A stretch of DNA of 63,564 nt, filler included, from Phoronis australis (Eukaryota; Animalia; Phoronida), in the NCBI GenBank assembly GCA_002633005.1. It is 6 parts of 6 records of this genome, joined end to end, with 100 filler letters (N's around TTAATTAATTAA, not from the genome) between each part and the next. Parts side by side here need not be neighbours in the genome. Positions count along the whole stretch, not along the records: positions 3,348 to 31,741 come from NMRA01001190.1; positions 31,842 to 52,633 come from NMRA01000329.1; 4 more parts are not named here. One strand, 5' to 3'. The notes beneath the pieces are model-generated. The model saw only the letters and a program-made list of their open reading frames with translations, was not told where the DNA came from and did not search any database. Position 1 is the stretch's first letter. Each line of letters starts with the position of its first letter. Positions 25,981 through 38,800 of the stretch are shown in pieces. Made by a program: the position numbers and the translations under genes.

Positions 25981-28900
25981 GAGCTACGACAATTAGAATG
26001 ACCAAAAAATAGGAATTAGAGCTTGTACTTCGTCTAACAAGTGGGTGAGACGAACTCTTTATAGAATATTTTTTTCTATTTGGATTTGATATGTCTTACA
26101 ACTTAGAACTTGTAAAGCACCAAGGCCAGTCAATGAATGTATATCGTGTTTATTGAAATACCTTTAGGCAATCATTAGTTTTAGCAGAATTATTAAAGTT
26201 TGACTTGTGGCAATATTGCGTAGCGTTTTAAGACACATGTTCACATTGACGTCATTCAGCATTTAATTCCAAAATTCAATGCACCAACGCCTCGGATATT
26301 TGTCAAGTTTGATATATGTAACCCCCTCTTGTTGCAACAACTAACTACACATGGTTTCTAGAACGTTCTAATATTTCAATTTACGTTTAGCAACTATAAG
26401 AGACGAAACGTGATGTAATTACAGAAATTCATGCAGGATGGCATTGAACTGGAACCCTCTGGTACAACACTTCGGGGCGGCAGGTGGCACCAGTGGATTG
26501 TTAATTAAAATGCGTTTGCCTGACTTACTTGAATGAATCTATGTAATATTTCTGATGCTAAAGTATTTAATGCCGATCATCACGAATTGTTGTGTCGCCT
26601 CTCCCTCCCCCCTCCTCCCCTCTGGAGAGGGTTCCGCAGGAGACAAATCTCCCTCTATCCTAGCTACATGTAAGCCCCTCAGGATGTACACTGAAGTCCC
26701 TGCCCTAACTGTTGCATACTTCTGTATGCATTATGCATTATACATCATGGACGTCGCACCATAGGGGGGTGGGGGGGGGGGTTATAGCCCCACTTTTTTC
26801 AGTGCTACGCCGATGTGACATGGTCTATAGGCAGTGCACCACAGGGGGGCTGAGGAGGCTTTAGCTCCACTTTTTTCAGTGCTGCGCCGCCCATGTACAT
26901 TGCTCCTTGCTAGTTCAATGGCTTAGTTTTGTCCCTTATATTTACCGTCAATCTTAATGAACTTGTACGTAACAAAATAAACACTGTGTACTGTTCGTTT
27001 TTTTCACTGCCTTAATCATATTCTCTAAACTTAGAATAAGTAATGCTTGTGTAAAAATCTTGCACCTCCATTTTGGTTGATATGAACTCTGATGATACTG
27101 ATCATCGTTCACATATATCAGTCTGATCATCGTTTACAGCAATATTCTTAGGATTGTTTTGGGTCAGTGACAAGAATTCGTATAAATTACTAGGGCTGAT
27201 GAAAAAATTTAGATCTTATATTACACCATTCGTTAATATTAATTCTTATCAACATCTTATAACATATCATACCATTCTTAGAAATAGTCGAAATTAATCT
27301 ATTTTAAAAAATCATTTGTAACAAATTTTATCAACCATAATTGATTGTGTACACCTGTCGGGCACAAGCTGATATAGTGCCTGTGTACACTTATGCACGC
27401 GCAGATCAGTATAGTGCTTGTGTACACTTGTCGTACACGAGCATATATACATGTATAGAGGGGCGAAGGGACATTTACCCCGAACTGCTCCACCGAGAGA
27501 GGGCACTGTCGGAAAAGGGACTCCTTAAAATGAAAGGCTAAGCATCATTAAGCTTGGAAAAAGTGCACAGTTATAACTCAGTTATTAGAAAAACATGATG
27601 AAATAACAGGAAATTGACATGATCCATGCGTCTCTGGCTCACAAGATAATTCATTTAATAACTTCAGGTGTGTTGAACACATGGTGTTAAGAGGTAAAAT
27701 GTTGCTCTTATGTTCAAATCTGCCCTCTTGCGACATCCCAACAGGGGTCTAGACCTTATTTAGAAAATTCACGACTGGGATGGAGAGTGGTCAGTCACGT
27801 TGGGGGCGACCGAAGGTCAGCAGGTTGAAAGTCGGTCGGGCCAGGCAATGGCAGTCTAAGAAACCTATATCGTATGCACACTCGCCCAAAACAGTCGACA
27901 CACGATGCCTTTTGAATATATAGTTCATCTAGAGTAATTTTTTTATCAGGCAAATCTTACGCTAACAGGATTTGCACGCAAGTCGGACGAAAAAACGTGC
28001 ACTGTTTACCTCAGAGTATCCAAAGAATTCCTCGGTACTTCAAAGGCTTGATGACGCCGTCACGGATTGAAATGAGCTTATAGTCGCTATTCATGGACTG
28101 GGCTGAACGTGCTGGATGATCATCAGGCGTTGCAGTCGTAACCACGCCTCTTAAGCGTACGAGTTTCAAAATCAAAAAACCCCGAATATTACAAGTAAGG
28201 CAAACGACCAACATTACTGTTTTTAAAATTCTAAAGGAAAAAGTATCCGTCTTTGACTTTTTAAAATGTGCACATTATACGAGAAATTAGCGAATTCGGT
28301 TTTCTTCAGCACCGCGGCTAAGCCACGAGCATTAATTGCCAGTGAATCAGTCTAGCCCTGGCAAGCTTAGGCGTTGGCGCAACAAAACCCCAAATGTTAC
28401 CGTAGGAGTTGTCTCATGTGCTGCCCTTGCAGTTCTCCACTCATAAACCAGGAAAATGTCATTTTTATCAAATCGACTATCAGCTGTTCGGTATATTCTA
28501 TCAGGCGTACATAGGACTAAAAAATGACTAACTTCAGTAATTAAATAACATAAGAATGAAACCACTTGTTAAACCAAAAAACACCTACGAGTTCCATTCC
28601 GACTACTGTATAACCACAGAAAGCGAGAAGTGTTAGCTTATGCCTTATTTCCCGACTTGATGTTTTAAGACCCGTCTCAAAACAAAAATCAAAACAAACG
28701 ACATCGCCATTGAGGGTAATGAGGGTACCGAGGCAACGTACATTGACACTCAATCGATGTTGTGAGACTAAATTGAACCAATCGACAACGTCACTGAGTG
28801 CAACGGGTTTTTCCAGGATTGTTAACGTACTACCAAAGTCACCGCCTATGGAGGGCTCATTTTTCCCCTTCCTTCAAATGTTCTGTCTATAGCAAATATA

Positions 28901-30958
28901 AAACGGGTTACCAAGCCATGCAGTTAAAATTATTAATATCACTAGTCCACACCACGATAGCAAATAAATGTGCACCTCGAACTGCAACACATCTCTGCCA
29001 TATGACACTGTGTCATCATGTTGCGCTAAACCGTTTCGATAACAATTTTGGACAAAAAATATTTCATTGACAACGTGATGAGGCGGCACGTGAATTGGTC
29101 CAAAAATTAGCCTTTATAATGCCGGTGAAGCTTCATCAGGGTCTGTCAAGCCGCTTTAACCTAACAAGCAAGGGAACATTATGGAATATATGGACGCATA
29201 AAAATGCGTAGTCGACACAAGTGTCCTATTACCACCAACGTGAGTTTTAAATGCAAATGCACGTTCATCAGAGAAAGTAAGCTGGGGTAGGTGGCAGTGA
29301 TTTGCAAACGACAACAATGTAATGCTCCCAATACGGCACAATAAACAATATGCTTACGGGGGAGTTTATTACTACATAATGTAATTAAATCAACGACGGA
29401 CTACAGCTAGGATGTTGACTGTATGCGACCACAGTAAATAATTTTAAATAAGTAATAGTGAATAAATAAAGCACTAAATAGATAAACAAATAAGCGGATA
29501 TATACTGAGTACTATAAAATGAATATTACTTTCCAAATCGCCGGTGTAATCCGTTTCACATCTGCTGAGGTCAGTGCTTCCATCGTAAAAACAACTGTGC
29601 GCTGAGTTGGAATTGATGGCTGTAAATGCTGTGAGCGCGGGGTACCAACTGAAAAGAGCGGAGGTCGTAACGGCTGGCGGGGTACTCATATCAGAATTAT
29701 GTTGTTACTCCGGCGCTGAGAATAGTATGAGAATAATAAGGTTTTGACCAGACATTGGGACAAAACAGTGAAAACATTTCGGGATTCTGTGTTTCATTTC
29801 CAAAACATCCTGTGACACAGTAACACTCAGTCACTACATTTTAGATGGCACGAGTTGACCCACTAATGCTTCCTACGTCACCCGCATGGGATCAATTCAT
29901 CTCTGACCTTTCATTTGACACCTAGCGCTGGAGGAACCTAAATTTCTTCGACTATTGTATGATGCAGAGGTGAATTGCGTAAGAGAAAGGTATATCCAGA
30001 GGGCACAAGATGAATTACAGTCTGGTCCCATTGTGGAACCGAGGGCATTAACTTGCGCCGGGCATTGTATTTGAACGCTGACACGGGTAACCTAGGGGCA
30101 ACTGAGCGATTTTAAAGTTATCTGGTAGTGTTCAGTTGCCCTTATCACGGAAATCCCCGCTCGATGGCACAGGCGGTTTTATAAGTACTCAGGTCAGTCG
30201 AGGATGCTATTTATTTATTCGTGTTTCCTATTGCACGCTTTGCTGTTTGATCAGTGCCGGCGGCACTCATTCTGACGTGGGTATATTACTAGCTAATCAA
30301 ATGGATCAGGTTTCTAATCATCTTCCTTCACATGAGTTTTGGACAATTATAGCGAATGACTGTTTTCACATATTACTTTGGAAATTTCTAAGTTTGATTT
30401 TGAAATTATAATAATGCGTGAAGCAAGATGTGATATCAAATGCCATGGACGCGTTGATGAGTATGCACTGAATTAGACTAAAGCATTCGGTTTGTCACTC
30501 ACAATAGGCCTAGTTCAGCTTGACCCCCGCTCCAGGCACACACTCAGCTGATCCCCGGTGGAGCCGATACTCTGAAGGCAACAATGGACTATCAGGAGAA
30601 GATAAGACTGATTCGTACACTGGTTGATCTCATCATATTTATTATTAGTAAGTAGACATTGTGGCAAACTCAAATTGTACAAATTCGTATTTGTCGAAGG
30701 ACTATAAACCCTTGTCCATCGCGAAATGTTCAGCGAGACAACTTACCGTGATGAAATTTGACTCTTACTGTTCCTCAGTCGAATCAAATTGAAGGTGATT
30801 CTAGAGTTTAATTCCAAAGAACTACAGGTTAGTATTACTTGAGACCAGCTAGGCTTACTAACGTTAGTGCTACTTGAGACACAACTTTAAATAGTTAGAA
30901 GCAGCAAGCAGTCCTTTTCAGTTCCAAGTGTTAGCATTTCTATATTTTATCAAAAAAA

Positions 30959-31425
30959 TTAAAAACCGGACGATCGCCGCACAAATAAAAAAGTTCATGT
31001 TCAATTCAACATTTCGTCTTTTCATGAGACATCATCAGGATCATATTTACAACAATTTAGGACAACAAGTGCCAACATACAGCTCGGGTAACATCCATAA
31101 ATTGAAGATATACAGGAATATAGTCAGTAGCTGGTCATCACCATAGCTGCAGGGTCACTGAGCTACTGATTCTGTGAATAACATGCAGAGCTTAGTGACC
31201 CTGCAACTATGGTTATGACCAGCTACTGACTATATTCCCTGTATCTCTCCCTTCACTTTATGGATGTTACCCGAGCTGTATGTTGGCACTTGTTGTCCTA
31301 AATTGTTGTAAATATCTTGATGATGTCTAATGAAAAGATGATACGTTGAATTGAACATGAACTTTTTTATTTGTGCGGCGATCGTCCGGTTTTTAATCTT
31401 ATTGTGGGCAAAAACTGATTTAATT
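30959..31425. mobile_element. Short palindromic Penelope-like derivative, same family as 19913-20965
   Basis: Two inverted ~205-bp copies of the same 3' end around a ~25-bp spacer, with the same 3' tail (TCTTA.TGTGG...GATTTAATT). Confidence 0.85.
31005..31042 (-). ncRNA. Hammerhead ribozyme core in Penelope-like 3' UTR
   Basis: Minus strand reads ATC-CTGATGA-T-GTCT(catgaaa)AGAC-GAAA-TGTT-GA. Homologous copies with core substitutions at 20851-20893 (+), 19956-19998 (-) and 31311-31350 (+). Confidence 0.6.
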
Positions 31426-32804
31426 GCCAAATAAGTTCCATAGTGTATGAAGTGTTCTTCAAAGACATGATGGATGTGACCACTGACTCCTTGAAAGCTG
31501 TCAAATAGTTTGAATCACAGATAGAAGAAATGCTTATGCGTGTTAGTCCATTGATGTCATGAGGATCTTGGCAGGGTCAACTTAATGTGTGGCCCAATAT
31601 ATGTGCTCCTTAGTGTGCGTACCCAGTGATGAGCGAAGGGTAACAAGACATGACTGTAATGCGTGACAGCATACAAAGACATTGTAGCATTTCAGTCGGT
31701 TTGCGATTGTTATGCACTAAAATATATTTGCAAATGCGAAANNNNNNNNNNNNNNNNNNNNNNNNNNNNNNNNNNNNNNNNNNNNTTAATTAATTAANNN
31801 NNNNNNNNNNNNNNNNNNNNNNNNNNNNNNNNNNNNNNNNNCTCCCCCCACACGCACACACAAACTAAAGCTGCACACATTGTTAAATCTTGTTTCAGCC
31901 GCATGTTCATTGCCGGTGTTAATTATGATAAACTCATTATTTCCTCACGCTCTTGCTGTTTTATTTTTTGCGGCAGCCAAGGGGGTGGGCAGGCCCCTCC
32001 CTAAATCCGCCTGCACGTATGTCTTTGGAAAAACAGAAATCACTTTTTGTTTGTGTAAGGACCAAATTGAGACCAATTTTATTGCAGCATTTAATAGTCT
32101 AAAGCAAAAGTTGTTTTTCTGAACAGAAATCGAATTTATAACTGCTTCAAGTATTGTCCTTGCGATAAATTGTTTGGGAGAGATAGCGAACAGGGATGCT
32201 CCTGTTTGAAAACGATGGCAAACAAACATACACCGCGTTGCACCTTTTAGTGCATAGGTTTAGGCCCTAAAACTAGGGCTACGGTTGAAAGCAACACTGG
32301 CCTCTGTGGATTGATAATTGACCTATGCTCACTGCGATAATGATGAGAACATACAGACTGTATACATATGTAAACATAACAAGACCCTATATGCCTAGAT
32401 GCCGATTCTCTTATGAACCCTAATTAAACAATCGCAAGAAATTCCTCTAATCAGGCCCGAAAATATTCCTACAATGAATAAAAATTCCCCTAATTGAGGC
32501 ACTGCAGACGAGGGGTAACACAGGAGCTGGCATTGGTGATGGAGGGGAGGGAGTCACCTCGCCCATTCTCTCTCGCAATGAGCGTTTTTCAGTTTTCAAC
32601 CGTGTACCAACACAAGAGTGCGTGTTGTTCTGGATTTGTTGAAGATAGAATCAACAGAAGCTACTGTTGCTCTCAGCCGTAGACTAGTTGCAACATAGAA
32701 TGTTTGCTGCCAACATACATTAACGTTATTTTTGTATGCATATCAAAAGGTGTTATGCGCTTCTAGTCACGAGTTATTTAGTTATACCCCAACCACTATC
32801 CTAC

Positions 32805-35800
32805 CGTTTTGATAGTGATGTGCTGGCAAGGGGGTTTCACACCAGATGGCGAATAAACACACTTGTCATTCCACGCGCAGCGATACGACTCCGCTAGGCT
32901 GTGACATATCCCACATTCCGGTCCCAATAGCGGGCATTTGTACATCTCGGCTGCAAAACAGAAAGTCGTGATGACGTAATAACGGAAGTTAAATGATGAA
33001 TTGCATTGCGCACTTATGACACGATTTGGACCCGCAAATAGGAATAAACATGCACCTTGTCAAAAATCGCAGGTAACAATAACAATAACTTTAAACATTT
33101 ACAAAATTTTATCTGTGAGTTAATCGATGTACTATTTTAATGCTCCCGTAGAGTTGGGAATGAGTAAGATTGACCAAGTAGTCTGTTAACAATTTTCAAA
33201 GTGTAAATAAATATGTAAATCTCAATTTTCAAAGTGCTAGCAGTTTAAAGCGGAAGCCTATTTCTTACTATTATTATTCAAGACGCCAAAATATTCTGGG
33301 GATATTAAGATCGTTCCGATTAGCGCCCCTTTGTTCTGTTAGGCACAACTCAGACCTCCTCACTGTGTTTTCGTTATCACTGATATTAGTCCTTGTTGCC
33401 TTGAATTCACAAACAAAATAAGCCGATCATAAAACACCAGGGGCTGTGGAATGCAGCTAAGTTAAGTAGCAATCCATAAAACACATTCAACATGGCGGTT
33501 GGAAATGATAATATAGAATCTAATGTTTGACAATTTATATTATTTATTTGGGTCTAAAGCGTCAAACTGACTTCATACTAAGCAAGCCTAGAAGGATACC
33601 AGAGCGCCCTTTCAGAAATGTTTGGTGTAGAGTTTCCTGTTGGAAAAAAAAGGCAGCTTAAGTGTCAAAAGTCTCCATCTATGAACACAGACAAAGAATC
33701 AATTGCGTCATTGAGTACTATTGCTTTCCCAAGATAGATCGTAACTACTCGGAAAATCCCAGTAAGCGACATAAACTGTCACATTTCAAATTAGAACTTT
33801 AAAGTTGTATGTCAGGAGTGGACTGATACTGTTCTTAGTTTAAATATTGTGTTCTATTGTTCTGTTTGTGTTCTAGCAGATAACTATCAGTGATTGGCAT
33901 GGCCCTTGAGGTCAGGACAGTTATTATGTAATTTATTAACCGATGAAGAGTGTGGAACATTCTAGAAGATTCTAGCATGTACGCGATTAATGTACATGTA
34001 CATACTGTACAATGGTGGATTCCGGAAAGTTTTAGAATTTGCTTCAACTGGTGAAAAGCTTTAGAAAATTGCATGAGACTATAAATACCAAGGCACGAGT
34101 TAGTGACAGTGGAAAGTCAGTTAGAGGAAGTTAACGACAGTCACAAGACAGATTGAGTTGAGTTGTTGAAAGTGTACTAGGCGTTCATCACAAGTAAAGG
34201 CTTAGCAATACTGGCTGGAGCCACAACAGACATTACGTCAGACGTTTTGTTTGAGTAGGCTAGCTTGTGAACGTACGGTTGAGATTAATAAAGCGATTAA
34301 CATAACCAGTTTCCAGTATATTGTTGCACCAAAAGCCATTAGCACCGGTCGGTAAAGGGGGGTTATAAACCGGAATTCTGTCAAAAATTAATTGAAACCA
34401 CAGTGTACTACGTTTTAAAACCGGTCACCAATTGTTCTTTACCAAGAAGAGCCTTCGGGGTTCGTTTAATTCAATCATAACTGAAAAATCAATATGGGTC
34501 ACGCAGTACAGTCCTGTTTGTTGCATGGATTGACGGGTCAGGCTATAGTCTCGTCTCAAGGAGTACAGAATTGTCAGTGTTTCCAGAGATAATTTCATTA
34601 TCACTTCCCCCCTCAATGGTTCGCTGCGAATGCTTTATTCGGGCTAACGAGCGTGAAAGAAGAAGCTGCAAACATGCCTTATGTTGTCCTGAATAGTGCG
34701 GTACCCATTAAGTTCAGATTTTAACCAGGGACAATACATAGCATCTGACCAAATCTAGTGTTATTGACGAAAAGAAGAAAGTTAGCGCAAGGGTCAAGCG
34801 CATTCGTCGGTTGTGATGGAAAATACACCGTGGGTTCACGTTTTTGGTTTGTTTCAGACCTAGGCCTATATCTAGCCACCGTGTAACGGAGGGAGCAGAC
34901 GTAAAACGCACGTTGCCCATCTGCCAAATGAAAATGGGAACAGGAAATACTGCGTCAACAATCGGTCTTCCAAACTAGCTAATGCATTTGGGGCCTGTGA
35001 GTGAATTGACCCAGAGCCACGTTTCCTTAAAGGGGAAAGCAACCCTTTTCATGCCATTTTTAGTAAAAATACGGTTTGTTAATTATTCAACATAAAATTT
35101 TCAGTTAATTACGGCTTCCCATAATTTATTCGATTAGTCATGCCCTATTCCAGAAGTGACGTTTAAGGAATTTAGAATTTCCCGCCAAGAATCTGTTCTA
35201 TGTTGTTTTTGTGGTGGTTTCTTAAAGGTGAAGGCAACCTTTCTTCGTGTCATTTTCAGTAAAAATCAGGTTCGATGGTTCAGTTACTGACAGACTTTCA
35301 TAATTCAATTAATTAATGGTCCCGTACTCCGGAATTGACGTTTAGGGAGTCAAAAATTTGGCGCCATTTGTTTTCATATAGTCTAACTGTTTGAGCTTCC
35401 GAGTCAGTCATTGTTCTACCTCGGGGTTGTGATAAGTTCGGTAGTCGTTTGCTTTTGATTACGAGTAAGTCAACATGCCGCGCAGTTGCTGAGTACCGGG
35501 ATGTACCCATTATTGTCTCACTCGCACTCTGAGTGTACCATTACATCGCTTCCGAAATATGACAAACTTCGCCATACTAGCTGTGTTCGTTCGTGAACAG
35601 AAAGCAGCGTTACCCGTCCACTCAACGTACAAAGCAGTGGAGAATTACCGAGCGTATGGCAAACATTTCCTGCCGCCGGATTACGAAAGAGATATGTACG
35701 CTGAAGTGATAAAGGTCTCTGCAAAACAACGACTGAAGAAGGGTGCCATACCGTCGCCATTGATTCCCGTCAGTGCTCCGTTGCCATCCCAGAGAAGTGC

Positions 35801-38800
35801 ATTTTTGAAGCGAGAAGTCTTGCTAGCTGTGGCCACTACTGTGACTGCAGGCACTTCATCTACTGTCACCCGTGCCTCCAAACATACATTGTACCCCAGA
35901 ACGTGCAATTTCGGGAACTACCAGTGATTCGCCCTGTGCTATTGTCTCTATCCTAGGGCGTGTAAGCAGCCCTGCAGAGATGTTGAGTGGTGAGAGTGAA
36001 TACAGGCCCAGTTCGACACCCAGTGAGGAGGACAGTTCGTCGTCCAGTTAACAGGTCGTCGAGTTTGTTGTGGAGTATTGGAGCTATTAAGAAGGTGTAC
36101 GTACGTGTAGCAAGAGCGTTACATAGCATTATATAAGCGGTTTGGGTGCTCAGGAGACCATCAAGTGGAAACAGTATAGGCATTCCATTGAGGTTGGCAT
36201 AACAGTGCACACCGTGCATTTGCACCGAGACTTCCCACCAAGTCTGTCCTCAGTCTCTGCTTAATTCCTCTCAACAGCTGTCTGTGCCTGTGTGTAGTCT
36301 GCCTCATTATACTTGGGCTCAAACATATACCCACGCCACTGACTGTCCGTGAAAATATTCCTCGTCATCCCTGTTATGAACAATGTCTCAGTCGCTCACG
36401 CATGAGCGGCGCACCATAGGGGCTGGGGATCTGTAGTCCCCCCACTTTCTTCAGTGCTGCGCCGCACATGTCACGTCCGCCAGTGCAGTCACTGTGATAT
36501 GGCTCGCCGACTCCAGCCATTTTCAGTTTACTACAAACTAAACAATCCCTAAATCCAACGTAATTGAGTTCTCTAACAACCTAGCTTGTCGTAGAATACT
36601 CGTCGATGGGAAGAGCCGACGACAATTTTAGACAAGCAGCACGAAAACAACAGAAGTACAGATCCTCACGGTAAACTCGAACGCAAAACCAAATTTGCGC
36701 GTAAATCTTGACTCCCTAAACGTCAGTTCCGAAATAGGGGACGATTTTTTAATTAAATTACGAGAAATTGTAATTAACTGAAAAAATGTCTTGGATATTC
36801 AACAAACCTAATTTTTACTAAAAATGACATAAAAAGGTTGCCTTCGCCTTCAAAATTGCCGTCACGATTTTCCATCGACGATTATTCAACGACAAGCTAG
36901 GTTGGTAGAGAACTCAATTACGCTGGACACAGGGATAGTTTAGTTTGTAGTAGCCTGAAAATGGCTGGAGTCGAAGACCGTAGTGATGTGAGTTACGGAG
37001 ACATTGTTCAAAGTAGTGGTGACGAGGAAATTCAATTTTTTTCACGATGGATATATATTTGAGCCCGAGGAAAGTGAGGCACTTCCACTGTAAGGTGACC
37101 TGAGCATCTGAACAGTTTACATTCCACCGTGTGACTCCCTGGCTACACACCTGGCAATTTCTAAGTAGCTCAAATAGTCAAATTCGCAATAAACTTATCA
37201 CAGTTTGACCGAACGACCGGTTCGCTGAACGATGAACTGTCCTCCTCACTGGATGCCGAACTGAGCCTGTATTCACTCCAACTACTCATCGCTGCGTACA
37301 GGCTCTGGGCTGAAGACTACAGCACAGGGCGAATCACTGCTAGTTCCCGGAATTGCACGCTTTTGGGGTACGTCAGGAGGCACGGGTGACAGAAGTTGAA
37401 TGAACTCGATTTACTGTAGAGGCCACAGATAGCAAGGCTTTTTGCTTCCAAAAATGAAATTCTCTGGTGTGGCGAATCAACAGCGACGGTATAGCACCAT
37501 TCTTCAGGCGTTGATTTGCAGGAGCCGCCATCACTTCCGCGTATAATTTTTTTTTCGTAGCCCGACGGCAGAAAATGCTTGCAACACTCTCGGTAATTGG
37601 CGCTGCGTTGACAAGTAACATTGAGTTCCTCACACGAGCGAGCCAAGTACGGCGGAGTGCGTCATCCGTCGGAAAGCGATGTAATTACATTCCCAAAGTG
37701 CTTGAGACGATAATGAGAACTTCCTGATACGCAGGAACCGTGAGGCATGTTGACTGACACGTAGACACAAACGACGACCGAACTTATCATAACCGTGGTA
37801 AAAAAATGACTGACTCGACAGCTCACACAGTTAGACTATTTGAAAACAAAATGGATGGACATTCTAAACATCCTACACGTCACTTCCAGAATATGTCTCG
37901 ACTAATTGACTAAAATACGGAATGCCATAATTAGATGAAAAATGTATCAGGGATAATCAACAAACCGTATTTTTACTAGAAATGACATGAACACAGATTG
38001 CTTTCTCCTTCCTTTAAGTATAGGTGAATTATTTAAACAACTTGGCAAAAATTTGAGCAGTGTGATCATATCATGCACCAAAATTTAAAGTATGTAAAAA
38101 AGCAAGATAAACTTCACACCACATGAAATACTAACCAGAAACATGATTTGGATTGTCAATCTCAAAGTCTCCATTCCATACAAGCGAGATGTTAACCCGT
38201 TTCTTCTGCTCAACTTCGAAGTAGATGTACTGAAAAGGAACCAGAATAAGTGTAGATTCCTTTAAACTTTAAGGGTTTTCCTATCGAAATCATAAAAAAT
38301 GAAATAAATTAGCTCAGTGAAGACTAAATCTATAGTTGGTCTTCGTTTGCTAAGTACTTTTTTTTTGCACACCTTTTCAAAAAATTAGGACACGGTGTCA
38401 ACAGTGTCAAAATCATTACCGCTAATGCGTGTACAAGGTGACACACAAATCGAGCCATAAATTTTAACTAAACTTACATGAATCACATTTTCCATATTTT
38501 TTACTCAAATTACAATGCACAATACCATTTCTTCCACGTTTTAACCAATTCTAATCAGTTTTCATGGATTTTTAATAATGGACTATAATTGCAATTTAGC
38601 GTTTTATACAGCATCTGTGGTCTACTTTACGAGTCTGTTAGTGTTTTGGTCTTCTTTCATGTCACGCGAATATCTAACAAGCACCTTTGTATTCCCATGG
38701 CACGTGACACTGTCATTTTTAATAGAGGCTGTTGTTGTAAACGTGCTGTCAGCGACCTTCACCTTGCACTCATAGCCAGATTGATGGTCCTACAAAAATT

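Larger units (their letters stand above)
35031..38013 (-). mobile_element. Kolobok-type internally deleted DNA transposon (outer copy)
   Basis: TTAA|AGG...CCT|TTAA ends and long imperfect TIRs. Frameshifted THAP remnant on the minus strand at about 37373-37748 (LHRFPTDDALRRTWL...CKHF...RLKNGAIPS). GYIFEP on the plus strand near 37049. Confidence 0.8.

Noticed and set aside
29474-30095. Exon-like open stretches with splice-like boundaries
   Set aside because: No frame gave a recognisable protein, and they do not continue the plexin across the spacer.
32839-32851. CTCF-like CACCAGATGGCG motifs here and near 41619
   Set aside because: Both lie within plexin coding exons (Pro-Ser-Gly-Val codons on the minus strand) and are explained by protein sequence.
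33810-34330. Possible solo LTR (TATA box, TTCTAGAA, poly(A)-like signals)
   Set aside because: No convincing TG...CA boundaries with a matching TSD were found.
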